A stretch of 64,000 nt of DNA, taken from NCBI GenBank assembly GCA_050250895.1, contig JBFWNU010000005.1, positions 384,001 through 448,000 of the forward strand, read 5' to 3'. This document shows, piece by piece, positions 21,508 to 32,469 of the stretch (positions are counted from its first letter, which is position 1; every line of letters begins with the position of its first letter). A program made the translations under genes and the position numbers. This DNA comes from Vulcanimicrobiota bacterium. Its GTDB lineage: Bacteria > Vulcanimicrobiota > Xenobia > Xenobiales > JADMJV01. The notes beneath the pieces are model-generated. The model worked only from the letters and a program-made list of their open reading frames with translations. It made no database searches and had not been told where the DNA came from.

Positions 21508-21540
21508 CCTCTGCGCCTCGGTGTCTTCGCGGTTTGCACC
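21508..21540 (-). repeat. right imperfect inverted repeat flanking the ATPase cassette
   Basis: Reverse complement ggtgcaaaccgcgaagacaccgaggcgcagagg matches 18903-18935. Confidence 0.7.
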
Positions 21541-21552
21541 GTCGGGCTCAGC

Positions 21553-22584
21553 CTACCAGGGCACAGGCTTGGGGCAGATGGAGTCATAGCCCATCTGATG
21601 CCAGTAGGGATAGGTGGGATGGCGGCGGCTGACCTGGTCGAGGCGCTCGAGTTGGTCGCTCGAGAGCTCCCATCCCACCGCCTCCAGGTTGGCCCGCAGC
21701 TGTTTTTCGTTGCGGGCGCCGACGACCAGGTTGGCTACGGTGGGCCGGGTCAAGAGCCAGTTCAGGGCCACCTGGGGCACGGTCTTGCCGGTCTCTTCGG
21801 CCACCTCGAAGAGGACATCCACCACGGAATAGAGGTATTCGTCGTCGACCTGAGGGCCGCCCACGTCGCCGCCGGATTGGATGCGGCCCTTCTCCATGGG
21901 CTGGCCGCGCCGGATCTTGCCGGTGAGACGAGCCCAGCCGAGCGGGCTCCAGACCATCAGGCCCACCCCCTGGTCAAGGCCCAGCGGCATCAGTTCCCAC
22001 TCATAGTCGCGCCCGATCAGCGAGTAATAACCCTGATAGGCGGCAAAGCGCGTCCAACCGTGCCGGTCCGAGGTGGCCAGGGCCTTCATCACTTGCCAGC
22101 CCGAGTAGTTCGAGCAACCGATGTAGCGCACCTTGCCCGCCCTCACCAGGTCGTCCAGAGCGCGCAAGATCTCTTCCACCGGGGTCTTGGTGTCGGGGCC
22201 ATGCAAGAAATAGAGGTCGATATAGTCGGTGCCCAGGCGTTTGAGGCTGGCCTCGCAGGCCCGGACCAGGTGGTAGCGCGACGAGCCCCGTTCATTGGGC
22301 GTGGGGCCCATGGAGAAGGTCGCTTTGGTCGAGATGAGGGCCTTATCGCGCTTGCCCTTGAGGGCTTTCCCCAGGATGGTCTCCGAGTCGCCGTTGGAGT
22401 AGACGTCGGCGGTGTCGAAGAAATTGACTCCCGCCTCCAGGCAGATGTCGACCAGGCGAGTAGCCTCTTTGACCTCGGTCTTGCCCCATCGCTCGAAGAA
22501 CTCGCCGGTGCCACCAAAGGTGCCGGTCCCGAAACTGAGCACGGGCACATGCAGGCCCGATCTACCTAACTGACGGTATTCCAT
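21553..22584 (-). CDS. aldo/keto reductase
   Basis: LGRSGL, FFDTADVYSNG, ISTK, SLKRLGTDYIDLY, GCSN, WSPL. Confidence 0.95.
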   Translation of the reverse strand: MEYRQLGRSGLHVPVLSFGTGTFGGTGEFFERWGKTEVKEATRLVDICLEAGVNFFDTADVYSNGDSETILGKALKGKRDKALISTKATFSMGPTPNERGSSRYHLVRACEASLKRLGTDYIDLYFLHGPDTKTPVEEILRALDDLVRAGKVRYIGCSNYSGWQVMKALATSDRHGWTRFAAYQGYYSLIGRDYEWELMPLGLDQGVGLMVWSPLGWARLTGKIRRGQPMEKGRIQSGGDVGGPQVDDEYLYSVVDVLFEVAEETGKTVPQVALNWLLTRPTVANLVVGARNEKQLRANLEAVGWELSSDQLERLDQVSRRHPTYPYWHQMGYDSICPKPVPW

Positions 22585-22678
22585 AGCGCTTCTCCTTAGA
22601 CCCATCGACTACGTGGCCAGGCCCGCGTGGACCTGTCGCAAGGCAGGATACCCCTCCGCCAACCAGAACGGTCCCGGC

Positions 22679-25102
22679 ATGAAATCGCGAGGCTGGGTGT
22701 TGGTAGGCCTTTTTTTGCTTTCGGCATCGGTCCTCGCCTTTCAGGTGTTGCTGACCCGAATCTTTTCCTTTATCACCTGGTATCATTTCGCCTACATGAT
22801 CGTCAGCATCGCCCTGCTCGGCTACGGTTCGGCGGGCATCGCGGTCACGCTCAAGCTCTCACCTGAAACCTCCGAAGCGCGGCTCGAGCAGATGCGCAAG
22901 TGGGCCCTGACTTACGCCCTGGCGGCTCCCGGAGCGGTGATCCTGATCAGCCGTCTCCACTTCTATCCGCTGGCGCGCGGGCTGGATGCCGGCAATCTAG
23001 CCACCCTGTTGATCTATTACACCTCCATCGCGGGGGTGTTGTTTGCGGCCGGGGTGACCGTGGTCACAGGCTTTAAGCTACTGGCCGAAGAGGTGGGCTT
23101 GCTGTATTTCGCCGACCTCTCGGGAGCGGCCTTTGGGTCTTTGATGGTGTTGGGCATCTTGCCCGTCTTCGGAGGCTTCGGCTCGGCTGCCCTGGTGGGC
23201 TTGCTGGGAACGCTATCGTCCCTGGCCCTGGCGGCCGCCTCTGGCAATCCGCGCCGGGGCTTGCTGGGCGCTCTGGCGGCGGGAGCCTTCTGCGGCTGGA
23301 TCATGGTGGCCCACCCATTCGAGTTTCCGGTGAGCGCCAGCAAGAACATCTTCACCTGGCAGAAGCCCTACGAACGCGAGAGCGCGATCGAATGGACCAG
23401 TTGGAATCCCATCGCCCGGGTCGACGTGACCCGCATGCTCGAGTTGCCCATCTTCACCACCGGGGGGGCCATGGGCGCTCCCTATGTCGAGCAGCGGGCC
23501 TTCTATCACGTGGTGATGCAAGACGGGGCCTCGCCCACGGCTATCACCGTGATGGACCGGCCCATCGAGAAGATGGAGTTTCTCGACGGGTATCTGCAGA
23601 CCTGTACCTACATCCTCAACCCGGGGATCAAGCGCGTCATGGCCATCGGTTCGGGAGGCGGCGTCGACATCCTGATCGGTCTTTTTCACGGGGCCACCGA
23701 ACTGGTGGCCGTCGAGATTAATCCCGATATTGCCAACCTCTTGCGCACCCGCTACCGCGACCAGACGGGAGGGCTGGCCTGGCTTTCGAACGTCCAGATG
23801 GTAGTGGCCGAGGGTCGTCACTATATGGCCCGGCCCCAGGACCCCTATGACCTGATTCAGCTCTCGGCCAGCGACACCAACGCGGCCGCCTCGTCGGGTG
23901 CCTTCACCTTCGCCGAGAGCTATCTCTACACCGTCGAGGCGGCCCATCGGGCTCAGTCGCTGCTGCGCCCGGGCGGGCTGCTCTCGTTTTCTCGCTATGC
24001 CGGCGGGCCGCCCAAGGACTCGCTGCGACTGGTGGCCGTCTTGCGTCAGGCCGGCGAGGAATTGGGCCTGCCCGAGGCCCGAGAGCGCACGGTGGTGCTG
24101 TCTTCAGAAACCTGGATCGAGATCGTGGTCGGTCGCGATCCCTTCTCGACCGAGGCCGTCGAGCGACTCCACGAGTGGGCCGGCCGGATGGGCTTTCAGG
24201 TGATTTATGACCCTTTCCACCCGGGCGACACGCCATATCACGCCTTTCTAAAAGCTTCAGGACCCGAGGTCGAAGCCTTTTACGACAGCTATCCCTTCGA
24301 CGTGCGGCCGCCCACCGACGACCGCCCCTTCCTGATGCAATTCTATAAGTTCTCGAACTTGCCGCAACTGTTCTGGGCCCGCAACTTCCCGCTGGCCTGG
24401 ACGGTTCTGTTGGCCAGCCTGGTGCAGATTGGAGGGCTGTCGATCGCCGGCTTGTTGTGGCCGGTGCTCAAAGACCGTCAGAAGCTGCACACCCCGGTGC
24501 CGCAGATGATCCGCTTTTTCATCTACTTTGCCTGTCTTGGTCTGGCCTTCATCGTGGTCGAGGTGTCGATGATGCAAAAGCTCATCGTCTTTCTGGGCGG
24601 CCCCACCCGCTCGTTCGCCGTGACCTTGTTTTCGCTGTTGCTGGCCTCTGGCGTGGGCAGTTATCTGGCCCGCGACAAGAACCCCGATTTCTTGCTCAAG
24701 GTCGGGCCGGCCCTGCCGGTGGTGCTGGTGGTGCTGGCCGGGGTCATTGGTTACATCACCGAGCCTTTGTTGGCTCAGCCGGATCTGGTGCGCTACGTAT
24801 TGAGTGGACTTTTGCTGGCCATCCCCGGCGTGCTGATGGGCATGCCGTTTCCGCTCGGACTCAAGCTGGTCGAATCGGGCTATCCCGACCTGTTCAGCTG
24901 GGCCTGGGCGGTCAACGCCTTCTGCTCGGTGCTGGGGTCGATCCTGACCATCGCCTTTAGCATGGTGCTGGGCTTCGGCAAAGTGCTGGTGCTGGCTGCC
25001 GGTCTCTACGTGGTGGCGCTGGTGATGCTGCGCCAGTTGCTGCCGGTGGTCGCCTCAGGCGAAGGCGGCCAGCAGGTCGTCGAGGCTACCTTGCCCTCGT
25101 AG
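22679..25102 (+). CDS. membrane protein with central spermidine-synthase-like SAM-dependent domain
   Basis: N- and C-terminal multi-TM blocks (LYFADLSGAAFG, MGMPFP, WAWAVN) around IGSGGG..D / VEINP / EGR / ESYLYT.EA. Confidence 0.85.
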   Translation: MKSRGWVLVGLFLLSASVLAFQVLLTRIFSFITWYHFAYMIVSIALLGYGSAGIAVTLKLSPETSEARLEQMRKWALTYALAAPGAVILISRLHFYPLARGLDAGNLATLLIYYTSIAGVLFAAGVTVVTGFKLLAEEVGLLYFADLSGAAFGSLMVLGILPVFGGFGSAALVGLLGTLSSLALAAASGNPRRGLLGALAAGAFCGWIMVAHPFEFPVSASKNIFTWQKPYERESAIEWTSWNPIARVDVTRMLELPIFTTGGAMGAPYVEQRAFYHVVMQDGASPTAITVMDRPIEKMEFLDGYLQTCTYILNPGIKRVMAIGSGGGVDILIGLFHGATELVAVEINPDIANLLRTRYRDQTGGLAWLSNVQMVVAEGRHYMARPQDPYDLIQLSASDTNAAASSGAFTFAESYLYTVEAAHRAQSLLRPGGLLSFSRYAGGPPKDSLRLVAVLRQAGEELGLPEARERTVVLSSETWIEIVVGRDPFSTEAVERLHEWAGRMGFQVIYDPFHPGDTPYHAFLKASGPEVEAFYDSYPFDVRPPTDDRPFLMQFYKFSNLPQLFWARNFPLAWTVLLASLVQIGGLSIAGLLWPVLKDRQKLHTPVPQMIRFFIYFACLGLAFIVVEVSMMQKLIVFLGGPTRSFAVTLFSLLLASGVGSYLARDKNPDFLLKVGPALPVVLVVLAGVIGYITEPLLAQPDLVRYVLSGLLLAIPGVLMGMPFPLGLKLVESGYPDLFSWAWAVNAFCSVLGSILTIAFSMVLGFGKVLVLAAGLYVVALVMLRQLLPVVASGEGGQQVVEATLPS

Positions 25103-25750
25103 CCCCGGGCGAGTATCGCCCGAGCCGATCCACCAGGCGCCCATCCCGAGTTCTAGAGCCGGCTCCATGTCGTTGCTCCAGTCATCACCCACCATCAGCG
25201 CCGCCTCGGGGGCGCAGTCGATCATCGTCAGAATCTCGCGATAGTAGGCCAGGTGTGGTTTGGTGCTGTGCATATTGTCATAGGTGGTGACCAGGTCGAA
25301 TCGCTCCTGACCGAGGCCGGCCCAGGCCAGGCGATGTTCGATGGCCAGCTGCGGAAAGATGGGGTTGGTGGCCACCACCACCTGCCGGCCGGCGGCCTGG
25401 CAGGCCCTTACCAGAGCGAGAGCGGCGGGACGCGGTTGGGTGTGTTCGCGCAGGCGGGGAAAATCGTTCTGATAGAAGCTGACCAGTTCTCGCTCGAGGG
25501 AGTCGACGCACAGGTCGGTGTTGCGCTCGCGAAAGACGCGCCAGAAGACATCCCGGTTAGTGGTGGCCGGGTCCAGGTCGGTCATGGCCGCCCGGGTGCA
25601 GGCCATCAGTTCGCCCAGAAAACGCTCGGTGGGCATGTGCCGGGCCGCGAAGGTGCCCAGCAGGCCAAAATAGGCGGGCAGAAACCGCTCCATCGAGTTG
25701 CCCAGCAGAGTGTCGTCGAGATCGAGCAGGATGGCGCGATAGTTACGCAT
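25055..25750 (-). CDS. HAD-family hydrolase
   Basis: DLDDTL, ATNP, KP, MVGDDWSND. Confidence 0.92.
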   Translation of the reverse strand: MRNYRAILLDLDDTLLGNSMERFLPAYFGLLGTFAARHMPTERFLGELMACTRAAMTDLDPATTNRDVFWRVFRERNTDLCVDSLERELVSFYQNDFPRLREHTQPRPAALALVRACQAAGRQVVVATNPIFPQLAIEHRLAWAGLGQERFDLVTTYDNMHSTKPHLAYYREILTMIDCAPEAALMVGDDWSNDMEPALELGMGAWWIGSGDTRPGLRGQGSLDDLLAAFA

Positions 25751-26627
25751 GGCCCGGATTCTCCAGGGGCTGAAAGCCGCCTCCGTAGGCCTGATGAGAA
25801 ACTCCGATGGTGAGGAAGGCGGTGGGGTCGACCTGGCTGACGGTGTGCTTGAGATCGTTGACCTGGGGCCGATTGACCGTGCACATCACCATGCCTCGCT
25901 CTTGCTTGCTAAAGCCACCCACCACTCTCCAAAAGCTGGCTCCCCGGCCGAGGTGTTGGATTAGCGCCTCGGTCACTGCTTCAGGCTTGGCGGTGACGAT
26001 GGTGGCCGTGCGCACCGCGCTGGGCCCTTCCAGCACGTAGTCCGAAGCCAGGCCGTTGAGAAACAGCGTCAGCATGGCCACCAGCGCAGCCTCCCATCCC
26101 ATCAGCAGGCCGGCCAGGATGATGATGCCGCCATCAGTGTAAAGATAGATGGAGGAGAGGGGAATACCCCATTTTTGCTGCAAAATCCGGCCCAGCACGC
26201 CGGTTCCGGCCAGTGAGCCGCCCGCCCCAAACACGATGCCCAGACCCACCCCGCCGACGACGCCGGCATAGATCGAACTCAGCAGCAGGTCGTCGCTGAG
26301 CGGAAAGCTCTCTAAATGGCTGGGGGCCCAGGCCAGCATGAAATCGGAGCCAAAAGAGAAGATGGTGACTCCGTAGACGGTCTTGGTGAGAAATTGCCAA
26401 CGGCCCAGATACTTATAGCCGAGGGCCATCAGGGGAATGTTCATGATCCAGATCATCGTGCCGACCGGCCAGTCGACGTAGCGGTGGATCAAGATGGCGA
26501 TACCGCTGACTCCTCCGGCGGCGATGCCGTGGGGCACCTGAAACAGGGCGTAACCCATGGCCGCGATCAGAGAGCCGATGGTGATGACGATGTACAGGCG
26601 CAGTTCGCGCCGCCACGACTCTTTCAT
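25743..26627 (-). CDS. YitT family membrane protein
   Basis: GGVSGIA, NIPL, GGSLAG, C-terminal DUF2179-like DPTAF. Confidence 0.9.
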   Translation of the reverse strand: MKESWRRELRLYIVITIGSLIAAMGYALFQVPHGIAAGGVSGIAILIHRYVDWPVGTMIWIMNIPLMALGYKYLGRWQFLTKTVYGVTIFSFGSDFMLAWAPSHLESFPLSDDLLLSSIYAGVVGGVGLGIVFGAGGSLAGTGVLGRILQQKWGIPLSSIYLYTDGGIIILAGLLMGWEAALVAMLTLFLNGLASDYVLEGPSAVRTATIVTAKPEAVTEALIQHLGRGASFWRVVGGFSKQERGMVMCTVNRPQVNDLKHTVSQVDPTAFLTIGVSHQAYGGGFQPLENPGHA

Positions 26628-26673
26628 ACCACGCCCTTCGCAGATTGCGGGCCGGGGCCTGCTAGCAGCGGCT

Positions 26674-29600
26674 CTACTGCCCGTCTTTCCAGCGTTTGAG
26701 GCGGTCGAGCACGCCCCGGATCTTGTCGATCAGCTCACTGGCAGGGGGGTAGGTTGTGTTGCCAGCGGCCACTCCCCATAGCCCGGTCATGACCAGGGCC
26801 TGCTTCTCTTCCTGCGTCTTCCAGCCGGTGGCCAGCCACAGCTTGTGGCGCTGGTTGAGGGTCAGTTCGGGATAAAGCGGCAACAGGATGGTCAGACGGC
26901 CCTGCTTGACGCGAATCGACGGCGCCAAGAGATCGCGAGCTCGCAGCTTGAGTTCCATAATCGCCAGCAGGTTGACGGCCTCTTCGGGCAACGGTCCGAA
27001 GCGGTCGCGCAGCTCGGCCTCGATATCCTCGAGGTTCTCGAAGCTGATGACGGTGGCGATTTTCTTGTAGAGGGCCACCTTCTGGTGCGAATCGGGCACG
27101 TAGTCTTCGGGCAGACAGGCTGGGATCGGCAGCTCGACCACCACCGGATGGTCGGTTAGCTCCATCTCGGCCTTCTCGCCGCGCAACCCGCGCACGGCAT
27201 CGCGCAACATCTGGCAGTACAGCTCGAAGCCCACGGCCGCGATGCTGCCCGACTGTTCGGCCCCCAAAATGTCGCCGGCGCCGCGGATCTCGAGATCGCG
27301 CAAAGCGATCTGAAAGCCCGCTCCCAGCTGGGTGAAGTCGCGGATGGTCTCCAGGCGCTTTTCGGCCTCGGGAGTCAGCTGGCGCGACGGGGGATAGAGC
27401 AGGTAGCAATAGGCCTGGCGCGACGAGCGGCCCACCCGGCCGCGCATCTGGTAGAGCTGGGCCAATCCGAAATAATGGGCGTTATTGACAATAATGGTGT
27501 TGACGTTGGGCATGTCGAGTCCGCTCTCGATGATGGTGGTGCACACCAGCACGTCATACTCGCCCTCGAGAAACTCCATCATGACCTTCTCGAGAGGTTC
27601 GTCGCCCATCTGGCCATGGGCCACGCCCACCCGAACCGTGGGCAGCATGCGACGGATGTCGGCGGCCACTCGCTCGATGCCGTCGACCCGATTGTGCACG
27701 AAATAGACCTGGCCCTCGCGAGCCAACTCGCGAGTGATAGCCCCCCGGATGATATCGGGGTGCGACTCGAAAAGGTAGGTCTTGATGGGAACGCGGTCCT
27801 CGGGCGGCGTCTCGATGACCGACATGTCGCGGATCGAAACCAGGGCCATGTTGAGGGTTCGGGGGATGGGAGTGGCCGTCAGGGTCAGCACGTCGACATT
27901 GTGACGAAGCGCCTTGATCTTCTCCTTTTGCTTGACCCCGAACCGTTGCTCCTCGTCGATGATGAGCAGTCCCAGCGTCTTGAAGCGGATATCCTTCGAG
28001 AGCAGCCGGTGGGTACCGATGACCACATCGACATCGCCCAGAGCCAGGTCGTCGAGCACCTTCTTGACCTCGGCTTTGGAGCGAAAGCGACTGAGCACCT
28101 CGACCCGCACCGGAAAGGCGGCCAGCCGTTCGGAAAAGGTCTGGTAGTGCTGGTGGGCCAGCACGGTCGTGGGCACCAGCACGGCCACCTGGCGGCCTTC
28201 GCTGGCGGCCTTGAAGGCGGCTCGCACGGCCACTTCGGTCTTGCCATAGCCGACATCGCCGCAGACCAGCCGGTCCATGGGACGAGGCCGCTCCATGTCC
28301 TTTTTGACTTCGTCGATGACCCTGAGCTGGTCAGGGGTCTCCTCCCAGGGGAAGGCCTCTTCCATCTCGGCCTGCCAGGGGGTATCGGGAGGGTAGGCGT
28401 GGCCCTGGGCGGCCTCGCGCTGGGCATACAGGCGCAATAGCTCTTCGGCCATCTTGTCGGCGTCTTTGCGGACCTTGCCGCGGGTGCGAGTCCAGTCGGC
28501 CCCGCCCATCTTGGACAGCTTGGGGACGCGCTCTTCGAGACCTTTGTAACGCTGGATCAGATCGAGTTGCTCGACGGGCACGAAGAGGCTATCGCCTTTG
28601 GCATATTCGATGGTGAGGAAGTCCCGGGCGTTGCCCTGGATATCGAGCGATTTGACGCCCACGTAGCGACCGATGCCGTGCTGGAGGTGCACGACCAGAT
28701 CGCCGGTGTTGAGCTCTTCCAGGCGCAGCAGGCTGGCCCGGTCGGCTTTGCGACGACTGCGCCGGCGTCGGACCGAGCCCATCATCTCGCGGTCGGTTAA
28801 AAGCTCGAGAGCGCCACTGGGCGTGGGCAGGCGGAAACCCTCGCTGAGGGCCGCGTTGACGATGGTCGTCTTGCCGGGCTCGAGTTCGCGGCCCATCCAG
28901 CCTCGCTCTTCCATGAGTTCGGTCAGGCGGGGGGCCTGGCGGCTGACCAGTAGCACCCGCCGTTGTTGGGTAATCCACTCGGGCAGGCGGCCCATCATAC
29001 CCTCGACGCGCTCGGGAAAGACCCGCTGCACCTCGAAAGGAAACTCCAGGCTCTCGGTCGCTTGAGTGGCAGCCCGCTGCTCGGCGTCCTCCCAGCTGGT
29101 GAAGAAGACCTGGCGCATCGGAGTCAGCAGGGCCAAGACGTCGCCCCACTGGCCGCCGCCGCCCTCGTGGGCCCACTCCATGGCGTGCAGGCGGATCTGG
29201 GCCGGTTCTTCCAGGCAGGCGACCGTGCCCCGGGGCAGGTAGTCGGTGAGATGCGAGCCCCCCTCGTCGTGGGTAGCCGGCAGAATGACCACTTCTTCCA
29301 CTTCGCGAATCGAGCGCTGGGTGTCGCGGTCGAACATTCGCAGCGATTCGACCTCATCGCCGAAGAGTTCGACGCGGACCGGTTCGCCGGTAATGGGAAA
29401 AAGATCGATGATGTCGCCGCGCTGGGCGAATTCGCCGCGGCGCTCGACCATCGAGCTACGATGGTAGCCTTCCGAGACCAGCAGTTCCAGCAAGAACTCG
29501 GTGTCGATGGGCTCGCCTTTGCGTAAGACCATGCGGCTCTTCTTGAGACGTTCGGTGGACAGCGTCTTCTGGAGCACGGCTTTGATGGAAGCCACCACCA

Positions 29601-29982
29601 CCTGGGCCCGCCCCTGGGCCACGGCCTCGAGGGTGTCGACCTGCTCGGGGTCGACCACCGCCGCGGCCGTCTCGCCCTGAGGCACCTCGCGCTCAGGAAA
29701 ATGGAGAGTGGTGAGACCGGCGAAGAACTGTAGGTCTTCGGCCAGACGTTCGGCCGAGTCCGAGGTGGGAGTGATCCAGAGCAGGGGAGTGTCGACGGCC
29801 TGCTTGAGGCTGGCGATCACCAGCGGGCGCGCCGAGCGCAGCACGCCAGCGCAGGTGACGGGCTGGCTGGCTCGCACCAGTTCCAGTAGGCGACGGCTGG
29901 GCTCGAGCCCTTCGAAGAGATCGAGCATCGCCCGGGAAATGTGGGTATGTTCAGCCACAACAGCGGTCATGGCTAGCCGCAT
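26674..29982 (-). CDS. mfd: transcription-repair coupling factor
   Basis: UvrB-like module (RGDIIDLF), CarD-like [56 protein letters not shown] domain. Confidence 0.97.
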   Translation of the reverse strand: MRLAMTAVVAEHTHISRAMLDLFEGLEPSRRLLELVRASQPVTCAGVLRSARPLVIASLKQAVDTPLLWITPTSDSAERLAEDLQFFAGLTTLHFPEREVPQGETAAAVVDPEQVDTLEAVAQGRAQVVVASIKAVLQKTLSTERLKKSRMVLRKGEPIDTEFLLELLVSEGYHRSSMVERRGEFAQRGDIIDLFPITGEPVRVELFGDEVESLRMFDRDTQRSIREVEEVVILPATHDEGGSHLTDYLPRGTVACLEEPAQIRLHAMEWAHEGGGGQWGDVLALLTPMRQVFFTSWEDAEQRAATQATESLEFPFEVQRVFPERVEGMMGRLPEWITQQRRVLLVSRQAPRLTELMEERGWMGRELEPGKTTIVNAALSEGFRLPTPSGALELLTDREMMGSVRRRRSRRKADRASLLRLEELNTGDLVVHLQHGIGRYVGVKSLDIQGNARDFLTIEYAKGDSLFVPVEQLDLIQRYKGLEERVPKLSKMGGADWTRTRGKVRKDADKMAEELLRLYAQREAAQGHAYPPDTPWQAEMEEAFPWEETPDQLRVIDEVKKDMERPRPMDRLVCGDVGYGKTEVAVRAAFKAASEGRQVAVLVPTTVLAHQHYQTFSERLAAFPVRVEVLSRFRSKAEVKKVLDDLALGDVDVVIGTHRLLSKDIRFKTLGLLIIDEEQRFGVKQKEKIKALRHNVDVLTLTATPIPRTLNMALVSIRDMSVIETPPEDRVPIKTYLFESHPDIIRGAITRELAREGQVYFVHNRVDGIERVAADIRRMLPTVRVGVAHGQMGDEPLEKVMMEFLEGEYDVLVCTTIIESGLDMPNVNTIIVNNAHYFGLAQLYQMRGRVGRSSRQAYCYLLYPPSRQLTPEAEKRLETIRDFTQLGAGFQIALRDLEIRGAGDILGAEQSGSIAAVGFELYCQMLRDAVRGLRGEKAEMELTDHPVVVELPIPACLPEDYVPDSHQKVALYKKIATVISFENLEDIEAELRDRFGPLPEEAVNLLAIMELKLRARDLLAPSIRVKQGRLTILLPLYPELTLNQRHKLWLATGWKTQEEKQALVMTGLWGVAAGNTTYPPASELIDKIRGVLDRLKRWKDGQ

Positions 29983-30256
29983 TATGCGCAGGGCCCGCCG
30001 ATCCTGCTAAAACCCACCTAACGCGCGACCAAACCTCGTCTCGCGACGCTATCACGCTCAACTGCTGCGTCGCGGTCACCACGGTGGTGCTTAAATACCT
30101 TCGGCCCGGCTACGCACCAGGCGGGTTAAACCCATCAGTATGGCTCCTCGGGACCGGGCGTATGTTACAAGTTTGCTAAATTGAAGCAATTTTGGAGAGT
30201 CTGGTAGGGGCCTTCTGCAGCGGCACAGAAAATTTTCGAGAAGCAGGGAGGTAGTC

Positions 30257-32392
30257 TTGGATATTCAACGCGCCACAGGGTTTCACGCCGCCGGAGCCGC
30301 CGGACCAGTTCGCCGCGCCAACGGCGGTCAACCACACGTTTCCAATCCCGCCGAAGCCACGGCCCCTCCTCAAGATCAGGCCACCGTTTCGGGGGCTCAG
30401 CCCGGCCAGGTCAAAACCAGCGCCTCTGGAGTCAGCGTCCAGTATCGCACCGATGCGTTAGGCACCGGCTTCCGAGCCGCCCTGCCGGCCGGCGCGCTTC
30501 TGCCTGCCCCCTTGATGCTCGAAGCGGTCGAGGGCCGGGTGCTGGCCCGGGTCGAGGGTAGCGACAAGAACCTCGAGGCCGGCTTCTTGCCTGACGGTCG
30601 CGTCTATGTCAACGCTGACCCCGCCAACGCCAGCGCCCCGCTGGTGCTGTTCAATCCCGACAATCTGGACTACGGGATGATCTCGAAAGAGCAGCAAGGT
30701 CCCCAGGGCACCACCCGCAGCCTTCAGGAATACATCCACGCCGATGGCGGACGAACGATGGTGCAAAAGGACCAAGTGCGGAGCGATGGCACCCGCTCGT
30801 TCAACCAGATCCATCAAGATGTCCAGGGCAACCTTCGTGGCGGCCACGTGGATGTCGACGCCACCGGTAAAGCCAACTGGACCGAGCTGAAAACGTCTGT
30901 CAACGACAGAGGCGGGGTGACCCTCGAGGGGCCGCCGGCTGCGCCCGCGCGCTCGCTCTGGAGCCATCTGGCCGAGGCTTACAAGCAGCCCTTCAACACC
31001 AAGACTCCGCTCTGGGATTGGCAGAAGGAGAAGAAGCTGGCCGGCAAGTCGTCGGTGGTGGCGTCTTTCGGAACCTTCAGCTCGGCTCTGGCCAATGCGG
31101 CCGGCGGGATGGCTCCCGCTTTTTTGGCAGCCCTGATGCCGGCCCCGGCCGCGGCTCCCGCGCCCCAGGCCGCTCCCCCGCCCAGCCCTACGCCCGCTCA
31201 GGGCGTGAACGTGGTTGACGGCGATATCACGCGCACTCCAGCCGAAGGCATTCTCACCGCCGTCAATTCGTTTGGCGACTGGAGTGGAGGAGTCGACCGA
31301 GCCATCGCCCGCACAGCCGGAGGTCAGTATCATCAGCAGTTGGCCGATCTTGGCGAACTCAAAGAGGGCCAGACCTTCGTGGCCGGCAAGACGGCCGACC
31401 ATCCGGGCAGCTTCGAGAAGGTCGTCTTTGCGGTTGACAATCTCAATCAACCGTTGGGCGAAGTGATTTACAACGGTCTCAAAGCGGCCAACGAAGCCGG
31501 TCTGCGCTCGGTCAATCTGCCGGCCATGCGCACCGGAGCCATGGCCGGCGTGCGCGAAAGCGAAGACGAGGCAGTTCAAGCCACGGCGGGCGCTATCCAG
31601 AAGTTCCGCTCGGAGTCGCCCGAGAATCTTCAGGCCATCAATCTGGTGGTCTATAACAATCCCCAGTTGGCGGCCAAGTTCAACCAGGCCCTGACTCAGG
31701 CCCAGGCGCCACCGGCGCCAGAGCCGAGCGTGGGGGCCGCCGCCCTCGAGAAGTTGCAGACCCTGGAAGGCGGCTACACCAAGGCCCACAGCGAGCGGGC
31801 TATCGATCTCTACGCGCTGCCGCTGGCCAAAGCTCTCGGCGTCTCCGCTACGGGTCTGGCCACCTTGCAGGCTTCGAGAGGCGTCTACGACATCGGCAAA
31901 ACGGTGCTACCAGACAACCTCTTCGAGAACCGGCGGCTCGAAAAACACGAGTTCGAGCAGATGAAGGATCACGTTCGCGAAGAGAAGATCGGGGCGATTC
32001 TCGATGACTTGCAGGTCTCGCCCGGAGTCCGCGAAATCGCGCTCAACCACCACGAACGGCCCGACGGCAAAGGCTATCCCAACGGCCTGAGCGGCGAGAA
32101 CATTCCGCCCCTGGCCCGGATCGTGGCGGTGGCCGATGCCTTTGACGCCATGACTTCGCCACGCTTCAACCGTGAGGGCGACCGCGAGGTCGAAGGCCAG
32201 GCCATGAAGCTCGACAAGGCCGTCTCGATCCTGCGCGAGAACGCCGGCACGCAGTTCGATGCCACGGTGGTCAACACGTTCCTCGACCAGGTTCTGCCAA
32301 CCGCTCTCGAAGCCCGGGTCCAAAGTGGCGATCTCAACCCCGAGGCCCTGGCTGCTTTTCAAGCCAAATCTCAGGCCCCGCCTCAGGGCTGA
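30257..32392 (+). CDS. fusion: unknown N-terminal domain + Macro domain + HD-GYP domain (HD replaced by YD)
   Basis: Macro GDIT...AVN...GGVDRAI...PAMRTG; HD-GYP HSER, YDIGK, HHERPDGKGYP, ADAFDAMT. Confidence 0.85.
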   Translation: MDIQRATGFHAAGAAGPVRRANGGQPHVSNPAEATAPPQDQATVSGAQPGQVKTSASGVSVQYRTDALGTGFRAALPAGALLPAPLMLEAVEGRVLARVEGSDKNLEAGFLPDGRVYVNADPANASAPLVLFNPDNLDYGMISKEQQGPQGTTRSLQEYIHADGGRTMVQKDQVRSDGTRSFNQIHQDVQGNLRGGHVDVDATGKANWTELKTSVNDRGGVTLEGPPAAPARSLWSHLAEAYKQPFNTKTPLWDWQKEKKLAGKSSVVASFGTFSSALANAAGGMAPAFLAALMPAPAAAPAPQAAPPPSPTPAQGVNVVDGDITRTPAEGILTAVNSFGDWSGGVDRAIARTAGGQYHQQLADLGELKEGQTFVAGKTADHPGSFEKVVFAVDNLNQPLGEVIYNGLKAANEAGLRSVNLPAMRTGAMAGVRESEDEAVQATAGAIQKFRSESPENLQAINLVVYNNPQLAAKFNQALTQAQAPPAPEPSVGAAALEKLQTLEGGYTKAHSERAIDLYALPLAKALGVSATGLATLQASRGVYDIGKTVLPDNLFENRRLEKHEFEQMKDHVREEKIGAILDDLQVSPGVREIALNHHERPDGKGYPNGLSGENIPPLARIVAVADAFDAMTSPRFNREGDREVEGQAMKLDKAVSILRENAGTQFDATVVNTFLDQVLPTALEARVQSGDLNPEALAAFQAKSQAPPQG

Positions 32393-32469
32393 GTTGACGC
32401 GTCCCCGGCCGGAGGCTGAAGGACCCTGCAGAGGAATGGGCTTCGGCCTGCCAGAACCACAGTTCTGGA

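Noticed and set aside
21598-22569. Long antisense ORF over the aldo/keto reductase (likewise 38151-39326, 48220-49773, 27475-28440, 30458-31789)
   Set aside because: These are shadow ORFs typical of high-GC codon usage; the opposite strand carries the recognisable protein.
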